Counted from the first letter of the stretch, positions 17,539-27,327 are shown. The stretch: DNA of 31,518 bases from Candidatus Delongbacteria bacterium (GCA_046482655.1 JAWOER010000037.1:1-31518), one strand, 5' to 3'. The notes: generated by a model not told the origin, from the letters alone. Numbers and translations are program-made.

Positions 17539-18912
17539 ATGGATTATAAAGTGGCGGTTCTTGGAGGAGGTCCGGGAGGTTATGCGGCTGCAATAAGAGC
17601 AAACCAGCTTGGAATGAGTGTAATACTATTTGAGAAAGATAAACTGGGTGGTACATGTTTAAACTGGGGTTGCATTCCTACAAAGGCGATCCTTTCATGT
17701 ACTGATCTTTTGCGCAATATCAAAAGAAGTGAAGAATTCGGGATCACCGCGGATAATATCGGGTTCGATCTTACGAAAATTATTCAAAGAAAAGACGGTA
17801 TTGTTAAAGATCTGGTTGACGGTCTGGATAAGCTGTTTAAAATGAGAAAAATAGAGATAGTAAGAGAATTCGGAAAGCTTACAGGCGTAAATGAGATCAC
17901 CTCGGAATCCGGCAGGTGTATCACCGCCGAAAATATCATATTGGCAACCGGTTCTAAACCTTTAAACATACCGGCCCTGAATATTGATTCAGAAAATGTG
18001 ATGACAAGCGATGATGTGCTCAATATCCAAAAAGTACCCGATAAAATGCTTGTTATCGGAGGCGGTGTAGTCGGATGTGAATTCGCAGGTATATTCTCTG
18101 AACTCGGTTCGAAAATAACCATTGTGGAGATGCTGGAAAACCTGCTTCCGACAGAAGATATTCAGGTTTCAAGGATAATTCAAAGCAGCTTTAGAAAAAA
18201 AGGTATTGGATACAAACTCAAGACGAAAGTGGAAGAGGTAAAGGTACATGAAGCGGGCAGGATAGAAGTGAGATTCAGCGACGGGACCACAGAAGAATAC
18301 AGCAAAGTGCTTGCTGCTGCCGGAAGATCTGTAAACATAAAGGGTAACGGGATAGATGAGATCGGCATTGATATTGAAAATAAGAGGTTCGTGCGTATAA
18401 ATGAGAATATGCAGACCAATCACAAGAATATTTACGCTGTGGGAGATATTACAGGCAAAATGATGCTCGCTCATGCTGCGACAGCTCAGGGCCTGAGCGC
18501 AGTAGCTCATATCGCAGGCAAGGCTAAATCTTTAGACTACAGTTCCATACCTTCAGCAGTTTTTACTACACCTGAGATCGCTTCTGTAGGTGCAAGAGAA
18601 CAGGATCTTAAGAAAAATAATACTAAATATATAGTCAGCCGGTTTTCATTTGCTGCAAACGGCAAAGCTAAAGGAATGGGCGAGACAGAGGGATTTGTAA
18701 AAATATTGACGGACGAAAAAAAAGAAAAATTACTCGGAGCGCATATCGCAGGTCCCCATGCATCGGATCTTTTACAGGAGCTGGTTATTATAAAAACAAA
18801 AGGGATGCCTACCGGGTCCTTAACTGACTCAGTTCATGCTCATCCTACATTGAGCGAATGCGTTTTAGAAGCGGCGGAAGGAATATTTGATATGTCCATT
18901 CACGGATTGTAG
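17539..18912 (+). CDS. lpdA: Dihydrolipoyl dehydrogenase (E3)
   Basis: GGGPGG, GGTCLNWGCIP redox disulfide, GGGVVGCE NAD site, HAHPTLSE. Confidence 0.95.
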   Translation: MDYKVAVLGGGPGGYAAAIRANQLGMSVILFEKDKLGGTCLNWGCIPTKAILSCTDLLRNIKRSEEFGITADNIGFDLTKIIQRKDGIVKDLVDGLDKLFKMRKIEIVREFGKLTGVNEITSESGRCITAENIILATGSKPLNIPALNIDSENVMTSDDVLNIQKVPDKMLVIGGGVVGCEFAGIFSELGSKITIVEMLENLLPTEDIQVSRIIQSSFRKKGIGYKLKTKVEEVKVHEAGRIEVRFSDGTTEEYSKVLAAAGRSVNIKGNGIDEIGIDIENKRFVRINENMQTNHKNIYAVGDITGKMMLAHAATAQGLSAVAHIAGKAKSLDYSSIPSAVFTTPEIASVGAREQDLKKNNTKYIVSRFSFAANGKAKGMGETEGFVKILTDEKKEKLLGAHIAGPHASDLLQELVIIKTKGMPTGSLTDSVHAHPTLSECVLEAAEGIFDMSIHGL

Positions 18913-18946
18913 GCAGACGATCAGAGGAGTGACGGTTCCGGTAATA

Positions 18947-20713
18947 TTATCGGAGTCTGGGATCGCCGATGTTCTTTTCAAAAAAATCAGACAAAAGAGA
19001 ACTGACTGTACGGGAATTACTGGCTTTAAGACATTTTTTTGACAAAAGTCTGCAATCGGAAGCATCTATTCTGCGGACAACTTTTTTTACCACAGAAGTG
19101 AGGAAGGGTGTAACGCTCAATTCTTTTAGACCCAGACCGATCAACAGGGGTATCGCTATCGGATATCCCGCCATCTGACCACAGATATGAACGGGTATTT
19201 TTGCTTTGTGTGCCGCTTTTACGGTAAGATCGATCATTTTTATTACGGAGGGATGAAATGAGTCATATTCGCTGTTGACCTTTTCATTATCTCTGTCCGC
19301 AGCGAGCATATACTGTGTGAGATCATTGGTTCCTATGCTAAAATAATCAACTGTTTTCGCAACAGCATCGGCTATCATGACTATTGAGGGGATCTCTATC
19401 ATTATTCCGATCTTTATCTTATCATTGATCTCTATCCCTTCTGATATCAGTTCTGTTTTAATTTTTGATACCAGCCCCCTGATCTTTTTTACCTCTGTTA
19501 TATTCGAAACAAAAGGTATCAGCATGGATATGTTCCCCTTAGCCGAGGCTCTCAGTATTGCCCTGATATGGGATCTTAAAATTGGAGGATTCTTAAATAA
19601 CAGCCTGATCCCTCTTACACCTAGAAACGGATTAGCCTCCTTTACGGAGAGACTTCCGTTAAATTTATCACCGCCGATATCGAGAAGTCGTATCACAATT
19701 TCTTTCGGATACAATTTTTCGGCAAGATCAGAGTATATCTTGTACTGTTCGTCTTCAGAAAGTATCTCGAGGCTGCTTTTAAACAAAAATTCAGTTCTGA
19801 ACAGACCCACACCGTCACTGTGCCATTTCAAAACATTATCCGCTTCTATACCCGATTGGATATTGCTCAATACTGTGATCTTTTGACCGTCAAGTGTTAC
19901 GGAGGGAAGCGTTGAATACTTAAGATCTTCGCTCATCTGTTTTTCATCGGAATGCTGCAGAAGCTTATATTTTTCAAAAGTTACAGCCGTTGGATTGAGA
20001 ATTACAATCCCATTGTATCCGTCTATGATAATAAGACTTGTTTTATTGATCCATTTCGTTATGCCTCTCGCTCCGACCACTGAGGGTATTCCCAGGGATC
20101 TGGCAAGAATGGCGGCGTGGCTTGTTTTTCCTCCGAACTCGGTTACAATTCCCAATATTGTATTTTTGTCAAAATTAAGAGTGTCTGAAGGAAATATATT
20201 ATTTGATACTATCATCCTTTTTCCTTTAAGGACACTGGATCGGTGTTCTTTATGATTTTCGGTCAGTATGTTTTTAATTATTCTTCTGCAGACATCTTCT
20301 ATATCGAAAGCTCTTTGCGAAAAATATTCATTTTCTATCTTTTCAAAAACGCTCTGATAATCCTTCATCACTTTACTAACCGCATAAGATGCCTGAACAT
20401 TGTGCATTGAAAGAAATGAGATCACTTCTTCTATAAGTATCTCGTCGTCCAGGATCAGAAGATGTGCGTCAAAAACCTTGGCTGCATCCGATCCGGAACG
20501 CTTTACAGCTCTGTTTTTATCATTAAGTACTTCTTCTTTTGTGCGTTCCAGAGAATTTTTGTATTTTCTGATCTCAGACTCAATTTCTTTGTCGGGAACA
20601 GTTTCTCTTGTCACGGCAAGATTTTCGTGGACATAATAGAAAGGTATTCCGATTCTTATACCCGGAGAGGCTGGAACCCCCTTAATTATTTTTTCTTTTA
20701 TTTTTCTGGTCAT
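18947..20713 (-). CDS. ptsI: PTS Enzyme I, phosphoenolpyruvate-protein phosphotransferase
   Basis: GGKTSHAAILARS phospho-His, GVGLFRTEFL, RLLDIGGDK, NPFLGVRGIR, MIEIPS, FSIGTNDLTQY, ICGQMAG. Confidence 0.95.
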   Translation of the reverse strand: MTRKIKEKIIKGVPASPGIRIGIPFYYVHENLAVTRETVPDKEIESEIRKYKNSLERTKEEVLNDKNRAVKRSGSDAAKVFDAHLLILDDEILIEEVISFLSMHNVQASYAVSKVMKDYQSVFEKIENEYFSQRAFDIEDVCRRIIKNILTENHKEHRSSVLKGKRMIVSNNIFPSDTLNFDKNTILGIVTEFGGKTSHAAILARSLGIPSVVGARGITKWINKTSLIIIDGYNGIVILNPTAVTFEKYKLLQHSDEKQMSEDLKYSTLPSVTLDGQKITVLSNIQSGIEADNVLKWHSDGVGLFRTEFLFKSSLEILSEDEQYKIYSDLAEKLYPKEIVIRLLDIGGDKFNGSLSVKEANPFLGVRGIRLLFKNPPILRSHIRAILRASAKGNISMLIPFVSNITEVKKIRGLVSKIKTELISEGIEINDKIKIGIMIEIPSIVMIADAVAKTVDYFSIGTNDLTQYMLAADRDNEKVNSEYDSFHPSVIKMIDLTVKAAHKAKIPVHICGQMAGYPIAIPLLIGLGLKELSVTPFLTSVVKKVVRRIDASDCRLLSKKCLKASNSRTVSSLLSDFFEKNIGDPRLR

Positions 20714-20980
20714 TTATTCTTCATAGAATTTATTTGATATCAGTTCTTTAAGCTCTGCGAGGCATTCTTTTTCGCCTTCTCCGTCGCATTTAACGGTCAA
20801 AAATGAATTTTGCTCGGCGGCCAGCATCATAACACCCATTATGGATTTAGCATTAACTTCCGTGTCATCTTTTATAATTATAACATCACACTGGTACTTG
20901 GAGGTAATTTTTACGATCTGGGCAGCAGGCCTTGCATGCAGACCTAATGAATTGATTATTTTTATTTTTTCCGAAACCAT
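20714..20980 (-). CDS. ptsH: Phosphocarrier protein HPr
   Basis: GLHARPAA (His15) and NAKSIMGVMML (Ser46); abuts ptsI. Confidence 0.95.
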   Translation of the reverse strand: MVSEKIKIINSLGLHARPAAQIVKITSKYQCDVIIIKDDTEVNAKSIMGVMMLAAEQNSFLTVKCDGEGEKECLAELKELISNKFYEE

Positions 20981-21047
20981 TCAACCGCCAAATTTAAATT
21001 ATGCTAAAAGTTAAGCCCAAAAAATAAAAAAAACAACAAAATGTTAT

Positions 21048-21812
21048 TTATATTTCTATAATGTGGTCTTTTTTGATCCATCCGCGCTTATCTTTGCCAA
21101 GAGAAATTTCGACCCATTCTTTGTTTGATCTGAGGATGGAAGCCTTCGTTCCGAGGTGTAAAAAGAACTGAACATCAGAACCTGGTGTTTCGTAGGGGGA
21201 TGACAGTACGGCGACCTTCTGCTGAGAAATGATGCCCTCTTTTTTAAAGTGACTTTGGTGGATATCATAATAAAGCATGGAAGAAAATGCCAGTAGGATA
21301 ATGCTGATTATGCAGATCACCGACAACAACTTATTTAATACCGTATTTTTCAAAAGAATACAGGCTGAGATTGCGATTGCTGTAAAAAGCATAATGTGGT
21401 AGAAGAAATTTTGAGCTGAGTGAATGTTGAAGAATTTTTTAAGGTCCGAATAAAAAGTAAAGAAACTTACCTCCTGTTCCTCTTCGGTCTTATCTATGAG
21501 TGAAAATCTTACTATATTTAAATTTTCTAAAATATCACGGTCGCCGGGCGACAATTTTAAAGCCCTTTCATAATTAACTATTGCTCTTGCCACATCACCG
21601 GTTTTATAGTATGAGTTTCCCAGATTGTGGTATATTCCCACGCTCTCATAGCCTTCAAAAACAAGGCTTTCGTACAGTTCTGCAGCTTTTTCGAATTCTC
21701 CGTTTCTGTAATTAGCGTTCGCTTCATGAAATGTAGTGAGTGATCCGGAAAAAAGCTCCAGCGATGTTACAAAGATCAGTATTAAATAAAATTTCACAGA
21801 TCGATATATCAT
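21048..21812 (-). CDS. batE: BatE-like TPR plus SH3 membrane protein
   Basis: ANANYRNGEFEKAAELYE...YHNLGNSYYKTG..ARAIVNYERALKLSPGD..I.ENL, two TM segments, C-terminal SH3-like WVEISL...RGWI. Confidence 0.8.
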   Translation of the reverse strand: MIYRSVKFYLILIFVTSLELFSGSLTTFHEANANYRNGEFEKAAELYESLVFEGYESVGIYHNLGNSYYKTGDVARAIVNYERALKLSPGDRDILENLNIVRFSLIDKTEEEQEVSFFTFYSDLKKFFNIHSAQNFFYHIMLFTAIAISACILLKNTVLNKLLSVICIISIILLAFSSMLYYDIHQSHFKKEGIISQQKVAVLSSPYETPGSDVQFFLHLGTKASILRSNKEWVEISLGKDKRGWIKKDHIIEI

Positions 21813-23617
21813 TATTTTAACCTCTCATTCAACTGGCTCATAAGTTTTTCCGCCTTTTTAAGATCTACAGTCATCAGAGATTTATCGGGATCTACCCCGG
21901 CAAAAAGGATCGAAGATGACCGTTCCAAAATATCCTGAATATCAGTAATAATATCATATTCAACAGAATTTTTTTTCAGATCTTCAATTATCTTTTCCGT
22001 AATAAGTCCGGCGTGACTGATATTGAATTTATCCGCTATGAACTTTAGTACGGCTTCATTGAGCTGTTTGTAAAATTCTTTACTATCTCCTTCTTTTTTG
22101 GCAATATAGCAATTCTTCAGTCTTTTCTTTGCATTCTTCACAGCCTTCTTTTTGCGCATAAGAGCTTTATCACCGGCATTTTTGGCAATATATGTCTTTA
22201 TTGTCAGCGATGTGAATATCAGGGCTAAAGATGACAGCAGATATGTTAAGAACCTTGATGTTTTGAATTGCTGATCGGATATTGAATAAATACTGCCGGG
22301 ATCTTTTTTTATATATCTGATATCACTGTCCAGAACCTCGATATTCCGCCTGAAAGATCTTTTAAGTTCTGAATTGGAGGCAGGTGCTACTCCTTTACCG
22401 GTCTTTACAAATATATCATGTCCGTCTACGGAAACGGTTTTGTATTTTTCTGAATAAGGATCAAAGAAGGATAACTTTATTTTACTAATTGAATGTTCTC
22501 CGGAATTTCTGGGCAGCAGAAGGTATTGAAAAATTACACTGCCCGAACCGCTGTTATCTTTGTTGATACGGACGGTTCTTTCGGGACTGTAAACCTCAAG
22601 ATCCTGAGGGAAATTGATATTAAGGTCACTAATGTCATCAAGATTTCCTTTTCCAGTTATAATGACCTTCAGATTCACCGGATCACCTACGGCAACTGTG
22701 TCTCTGTCAATATTTGATTTTATGGAAAATGAACCGACTGCTCCGGCAAAATCCTCCGGTCTATTTATGTTAGGAAGCGGTTTTATATTTATATTGATCT
22801 TTTCCGATCTGACTATTTTTTGAACATCATTTCTAAAGTTGGAAAAGAGGTCATCATCAAAGAAGGGATCATTAAAAAAGGAATTTCTCCTTTTTGATCT
22901 TACAGTGACAGGGACATTTACTACTATGGGGTCAACGGTGACGGTTCCCGATGAAGAAGGTTTAAGTTTATATTCTGCAAGGGGGAGAGTGTTGTATTTA
23001 GCACCTTTATACACCGTTTGTGTCAATTTTCTCAGTTCACTTTCGGGAATAGATAGTCTCTCCTTAACAAAACCTGTAAACTTAGGATCCTGTGAAATGG
23101 ATGGTAATTTGAGATCGATGCCGGGTTTTATGTAAAGCGTGTACTCCAGATTTAATATTTCGCCCACATATGCATCTTGCGAAGTTATGTCTGAGACAAT
23201 GAACATATCCCGAGTCTCGGTTTGAGCATTACTCTTATGTTCATGTACGGTGAGTTTTAAAGGTTTCGACCGGTACTTCCTGCCGTTCTCAGAGATAACA
23301 GCAGGTTCAATATTTATATTGCCGGATGTTACAGGTGCGAGAACAAATGTATAAGATACCGATTTGGACATTTGACCGTTGATAATCGATGTGCGGGACG
23401 ATCGGGACGGTTCACCGATCTGGTCCAGGTCATCAAACTCAGGAAATCTTACTGAGCCGGGAGACTCAAAATTTTCGAGGATGATCTCCAGTTCGAATGT
23501 GTCGTTTAAGAATACCTCTGCAGCAGAAGAACGCATGCTTATTGATTTTTGCGAATGCGCCGCAACGGCACACAAGATCATAACTGTCAAAAAGATATTG
23601 GTGTTGCTTATCCTCAT
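21812..23617 (-). CDS. batD: BatD family protein
   Basis: Signal peptide, SSRTSIINGQMSKSVSYTFVL, YVGEILNLEY, FAGAVGSFSI, V.VGDPVNLKV.I.GKGN, FFDPYSEKY, DIRYIK, C-terminal TM. Confidence 0.88.
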   Translation of the reverse strand: MRISNTNIFLTVMILCAVAAHSQKSISMRSSAAEVFLNDTFELEIILENFESPGSVRFPEFDDLDQIGEPSRSSRTSIINGQMSKSVSYTFVLAPVTSGNINIEPAVISENGRKYRSKPLKLTVHEHKSNAQTETRDMFIVSDITSQDAYVGEILNLEYTLYIKPGIDLKLPSISQDPKFTGFVKERLSIPESELRKLTQTVYKGAKYNTLPLAEYKLKPSSSGTVTVDPIVVNVPVTVRSKRRNSFFNDPFFDDDLFSNFRNDVQKIVRSEKININIKPLPNINRPEDFAGAVGSFSIKSNIDRDTVAVGDPVNLKVIITGKGNLDDISDLNINFPQDLEVYSPERTVRINKDNSGSGSVIFQYLLLPRNSGEHSISKIKLSFFDPYSEKYKTVSVDGHDIFVKTGKGVAPASNSELKRSFRRNIEVLDSDIRYIKKDPGSIYSISDQQFKTSRFLTYLLSSLALIFTSLTIKTYIAKNAGDKALMRKKKAVKNAKKRLKNCYIAKKEGDSKEFYKQLNEAVLKFIADKFNISHAGLITEKIIEDLKKNSVEYDIITDIQDILERSSSILFAGVDPDKSLMTVDLKKAEKLMSQLNERLK

Positions 23618-23788
23618 GATTTGTTTCCCTGAATATAGACCTGCCCGGTTTCTACTATAATTACGAACATTTTGTTCCTGTTATTTTAGACTCTTCAAAT
23701 ATAAATAAAATCAGAACACTTTTCAATTTGTTAATTATTTATTATATTCCGTGTTGTAAAACAAATATTAAAACGAAGGAGGGGTATT

Positions 23789-24268
23789 TTGAAAAATTTT
23801 TTACTGGTAGCGACCGGGATGGCAGCAGGTTCGATACTGACTGTTGTGGTGTTAATAAATGTATTCCCTTCAATGATGATAGAGACAAAAGAAAGCAGAT
23901 ACAGCCTTGATAAAACGGTAGAAATGATCGATATGAATTCTATTGAGCAGGGCTGGGCTGTGGTCAAGGTGTGGGATCTAGGAAGACGCATCGCAGGCGC
24001 GGGATATGATGATGCACCGAGAGTTAAGGTCATGGAGCTCTGTCATGCAGAAAATACATACAATGTTCTAAAGAACGAAGATGACATGTTCGTTTCGGCA
24101 ATAATGCCCTGCAGAATGGCTGTGTTTGAAAAAGAGAACGGTAAGACTTTTGTTTCCAGAATGAATATCGGGCTGATGAGCAGATTTTTTAGCGATAATG
24201 TCAGAAATGTTATGAAGGGTGTTGCGGAAGACGACCAAAGAATGCTCGAGAATATTATCGGCGAGTAG
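23789..24268 (+). CDS. DUF302 domain protein with N-terminal membrane anchor
   Basis: VKVMELCHA..TYNVL, SAIMPCRMAVFE..NGKTFVSRMN; TTG start with SD GGAGG. Confidence 0.85.
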   Translation: MKNFLLVATGMAAGSILTVVVLINVFPSMMIETKESRYSLDKTVEMIDMNSIEQGWAVVKVWDLGRRIAGAGYDDAPRVKVMELCHAENTYNVLKNEDDMFVSAIMPCRMAVFEKENGKTFVSRMNIGLMSRFFSDNVRNVMKGVAEDDQRMLENIIGE

Positions 24269-24273
24269 ATCTG

Positions 24274-24735
24274 TCAGATCAGGAAGTTTCTGAGCATAAA
24301 GTTGGAGTTCTCGATCCTTTCATAAAGTGATTCATAAAGTTTTTTCAATACGGTAAATCCCACTTCTTTGTCGCTTTCCATAAATTTGTTGAACTTGTCA
24401 CCCTGCACCCTGATTATATCCGATTGTCCCATTGTTATGGCGGACGCACTTCTGCGTCTGTTTACTATGCACGACATTTCGCCGAATATATCACCCTGAT
24501 TGACAGTGTATATGGTCTTGTTCTCTTCTTTATCGTCGGCAAAGAATTTCGATGATACCTGAATCCTGACCCTGCCTTTTAAAACCAGAAAGAGATCATG
24601 GTTGTCAGAGCTGTCTTCTCTGATAATAACTTCATCGCCTTTATGGTTTTCTAGCCTGGAAAAAGAGGCGATCTTTTTAAGAACACTCTCGTCGAGATCT
24701 TCAAAGACTTTGAACTGCTTAAGATAGTCTAACAT
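24274..24735 (-). CDS. Stand-alone cyclic nucleotide-binding domain protein
   Basis: VIIRED, LFLVLKGRVRI, GDIFGEMS....RRSASA; no C-terminal HTH. Start chosen at MLDY behind SD GGAGG. Confidence 0.88.
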   Translation of the reverse strand: MLDYLKQFKVFEDLDESVLKKIASFSRLENHKGDEVIIREDSSDNHDLFLVLKGRVRIQVSSKFFADDKEENKTIYTVNQGDIFGEMSCIVNRRRSASAITMGQSDIIRVQGDKFNKFMESDKEVGFTVLKKLYESLYERIENSNFMLRNFLI

Positions 24736-24758
24736 AAGAACCTCCATTGTCTATTATT

Positions 24759-25163
24759 TTAACGCCGGGGCTGACAAAGTTCAGTAAGCACACCGTTTGC
24801 GGATTTCGGGTGAATAAAGGCTATCTTCATCTCTCCTGCTCCGATCCTCGGTTTTTCGTCGATAAGCCTGAATCCCTTCTGTTTTAAGTACTCAAGAGTT
24901 TTTTCTATATCTTCCACTTCGTATGCAATATGATGAAGCCCTTCCCTGTTTTTCTCAAGAAATTTTGATATGGGGGAGTTTTCAGACTTACCCTGAAGAA
25001 GCTCGATCCTGCTTTCACCGACCCGGAACATTGCTACCTGGACATCCTGCTCGGGAACATATTCAGATTCGTAACCCTTATCTTTTGTAATTGTAACATA
25101 TTTTTCTGCAGCGGTCTTCAGATCTCTGACTGCAATACCAATGTGATGAATTTTTTTTAACAT
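24759..25163 (-). CDS. mce: Methylmalonyl-CoA epimerase (VOC family)
   Basis: [39 protein letters not shown]. Confidence 0.9.
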   Translation of the reverse strand: MLKKIHHIGIAVRDLKTAAEKYVTITKDKGYESEYVPEQDVQVAMFRVGESRIELLQGKSENSPISKFLEKNREGLHHIAYEVEDIEKTLEYLKQKGFRLIDEKPRIGAGEMKIAFIHPKSANGVLTELCQPRR

Positions 25164-25179
25164 TACTGTCTCTCCAATA

Positions 25180-26568
25180 TTAAAATTCTGCGTTATTTGG
25201 TGTTCTGGGAAAAGGTATCACATCCCTTATATTCTCCACACCTGTCACATACATTACCATTCTTTCAAAGCCCAGCCCGAATCCGCAGTGCTTATTTGTG
25301 CCGAACCGGCGAAGGTCTCTGTACCACCAGTAATCATCCTTGTCCAAACCCATTTCTTCTATTCTTTTGTCAAGATACTCTAAGCGTTCCTCCCTCTGGC
25401 TTCCGCCTATTATTTCCCCCACACCGGAAACAAGAAGGTCCATTGCGGCAACGGTTCTGCCATCATCATTCATTCTCATATAAAAAGCCTTAATATCCTT
25501 GGGGTAATCCGTGATGAAAACAGGTTTTTTATAAATATGTTCGGTCAGGAATTTTTCGTGTTCGGTCTGAAGATCTTTTCCCCATTCAGGTAAAAACTCA
25601 AATTTCTTTCCTGATTTAACAAGTTCTTCGACGGCTTCTGTGTAAGTTACACGCCCGAAATCGGAGCTGACCAGATGTTTTAGTCTTTCTAAAAGGTTTT
25701 TATTGACCCATTTGTTAAAAAACTCCATTTCATCCTGTGCATTATCCAGAACATAACTGATTATGTATTTCATCATTTGTTCTGCGAGGTCCATATCATC
25801 ATTCAGGTCTGAAAATGCCATTTCCGGTTCTACCATCCAGAATTCAGAAGCATGTCTTTGGGTATTTGATCTTTCGGCTCTAAATGTCGGTCCGAAAGTA
25901 TATACCCTGCCGAATGACATGCAGAAATTCTCCGCATCAAGTTGTCCGCTTACGGTAAGGCTCGTCTTTTTACCAAAGAAATCTTTTGAATAGTCTATTT
26001 CTCCGCTCTCTGTTTTGGGCGGGTTCCTGTAGTCAAGCGTCGAAACAGAAAACATTTCTCCGGCTCCCTCGCAGTCGCTTCCGGTAATAATGGGTGTGTG
26101 TACATAAACGAAATTTCTTTCGGTAAAGAACTTGTGGATGGCAAAAGAAAGAAGGCTTCTTACCCTAAAAACAGCCTTAAACAGATTCGTTCTGGGTCGA
26201 AGATGAGCTATTGTACGCAGATATTCCACGCTGTGTCTTTTTTTTTGGAGCGGAAAATCAGTGTCACACTTTCCTGTAACACTAACAGATGAAGCCTGTA
26301 TCTCAAAAGGCTGTTTGTTTCCTGGAGATCTTATGAGCTTTCCCTCCACATTAACTGCCGATCCTGTTGTAAGTTTCGTAATATCTTCATAATTTGACAG
26401 AGATTCGTCAAAAACTATCTGGATATTTTTGAAGCAGGAACCGTCGTTGAGTTCTATAAAACCGAAAGACCTGGAGCTTCTTAGCGTCCTTACCCATCCC
26501 GAAACAGAAACAGTTCTGTCAAACAGGGCCTCATGTTTTTCCCACATTTCAAGGCATGCACACTTCAT
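25180..26568 (-). CDS. asnS: Asparagine--tRNA ligase
   Basis: [55 protein letters not shown]. Confidence 0.97.
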   Translation of the reverse strand: MKCACLEMWEKHEALFDRTVSVSGWVRTLRSSRSFGFIELNDGSCFKNIQIVFDESLSNYEDITKLTTGSAVNVEGKLIRSPGNKQPFEIQASSVSVTGKCDTDFPLQKKRHSVEYLRTIAHLRPRTNLFKAVFRVRSLLSFAIHKFFTERNFVYVHTPIITGSDCEGAGEMFSVSTLDYRNPPKTESGEIDYSKDFFGKKTSLTVSGQLDAENFCMSFGRVYTFGPTFRAERSNTQRHASEFWMVEPEMAFSDLNDDMDLAEQMMKYIISYVLDNAQDEMEFFNKWVNKNLLERLKHLVSSDFGRVTYTEAVEELVKSGKKFEFLPEWGKDLQTEHEKFLTEHIYKKPVFITDYPKDIKAFYMRMNDDGRTVAAMDLLVSGVGEIIGGSQREERLEYLDKRIEEMGLDKDDYWWYRDLRRFGTNKHCGFGLGFERMVMYVTGVENIRDVIPFPRTPNNAEF

Positions 26569-26621
26569 TAGCTTTGTTCCTGTTTAAATTAACGATTTGA
26601 AGTAAAAGTGATTTTCTGTTC

Positions 26622-26807
26622 CTACTTGAGGAATGAATCCAGTGTTTTATCGGGGCATTTACATGCCTTTACGACCATTTCAGTAAACTTGTGTGTTTTT
26701 GTTTCCGCCAGGAAAGGTTTAACTATTTTCACGATCTGTATCTGCTCGCCGCATACCGGGCAGAGCCCTCTTGATGCTTTTAAACCGTAAACTTGTTTCT
26801 TAGCCAT
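26622..26807 (-). CDS. 61-aa basic Cys-rich protein; candidate DUF4295 / bL38-like ribosomal protein
   Basis: Strong SD AGGAG; MAKK start, CPVC...CKC, LDSFLK end. Resembles recalled DUF4295 sequences. Confidence 0.6.
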   Translation of the reverse strand: MAKKQVYGLKASRGLCPVCGEQIQIVKIVKPFLAETKTHKFTEMVVKACKCPDKTLDSFLK

Positions 26808-26828
26808 TATCAGACTCCTAAAATTATT

Positions 26829-27299
26829 TTATTGGACTATTTTAAATTCTTTGCTCGCTATTTCCATACTGTCCTGAAATAATGCAAGTGTGTAGAAACC
26901 GGGTTCCCAGTTTAGTTTTATACCTGCTGAATATTCAAGATACTCGTTCCCTGATCCGATGCTCATATCTTTTTCAGTTTCTGAAAGAATTTTTTGATCT
27001 TCATTCTTCCATATCTCCATAAATTGAATAAAACCGTCCTGATCCGACATGTTCCTGACTATCAGTTCGTACCATACCCAGTTTGTCGATCCGGTACCAA
27101 AGCTGTTGTTGTAAATTCTGTATTTTTTTTGCAGACCGTTTTTTCCTGCGGCGTAGAATTTAAGCGACTCATACTCTATATAGGGAACATAAGACCTTTG
27201 GTCAATCTCTTTGTCCGCAGTAGGTACCGAAGAAAAAAATGTACATCCTGAGATCAATATTAGAAAGAGCGAAAAAATAATCGGGCGTAAATTCAACAT
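26829..27299 (-). CDS. Hypothetical lipoprotein, probable beta-sandwich
   Basis: Lipobox LISG|C after a hydrophobic stretch; C-terminal WEPGFYTLALF..EIASKEFKI. Confidence 0.75.
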   Translation of the reverse strand: MLNLRPIIFSLFLILISGCTFFSSVPTADKEIDQRSYVPYIEYESLKFYAAGKNGLQKKYRIYNNSFGTGSTNWVWYELIVRNMSDQDGFIQFMEIWKNEDQKILSETEKDMSIGSGNEYLEYSAGIKLNWEPGFYTLALFQDSMEIASKEFKIVQ

Positions 27300-27327
27300 T
27301 TTGATACCTCAATTAAATAAGTGTCGA

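Noticed and set aside
18925-18960. TCCGGTAATATTATCGGA dyad between lpdA and ptsI as a terminator
   Set aside because: Almost no loop, AT-rich stem, no U tract on either strand, and it overlaps the ptsI stop region.
19140-19185. EI motif CGQMAG instead of the usual CGEMAG as a sign of inactivation
   Set aside because: The catalytic Cys, phospho-His and PEP-binding motifs are all present; a single conservative change is insufficient evidence.
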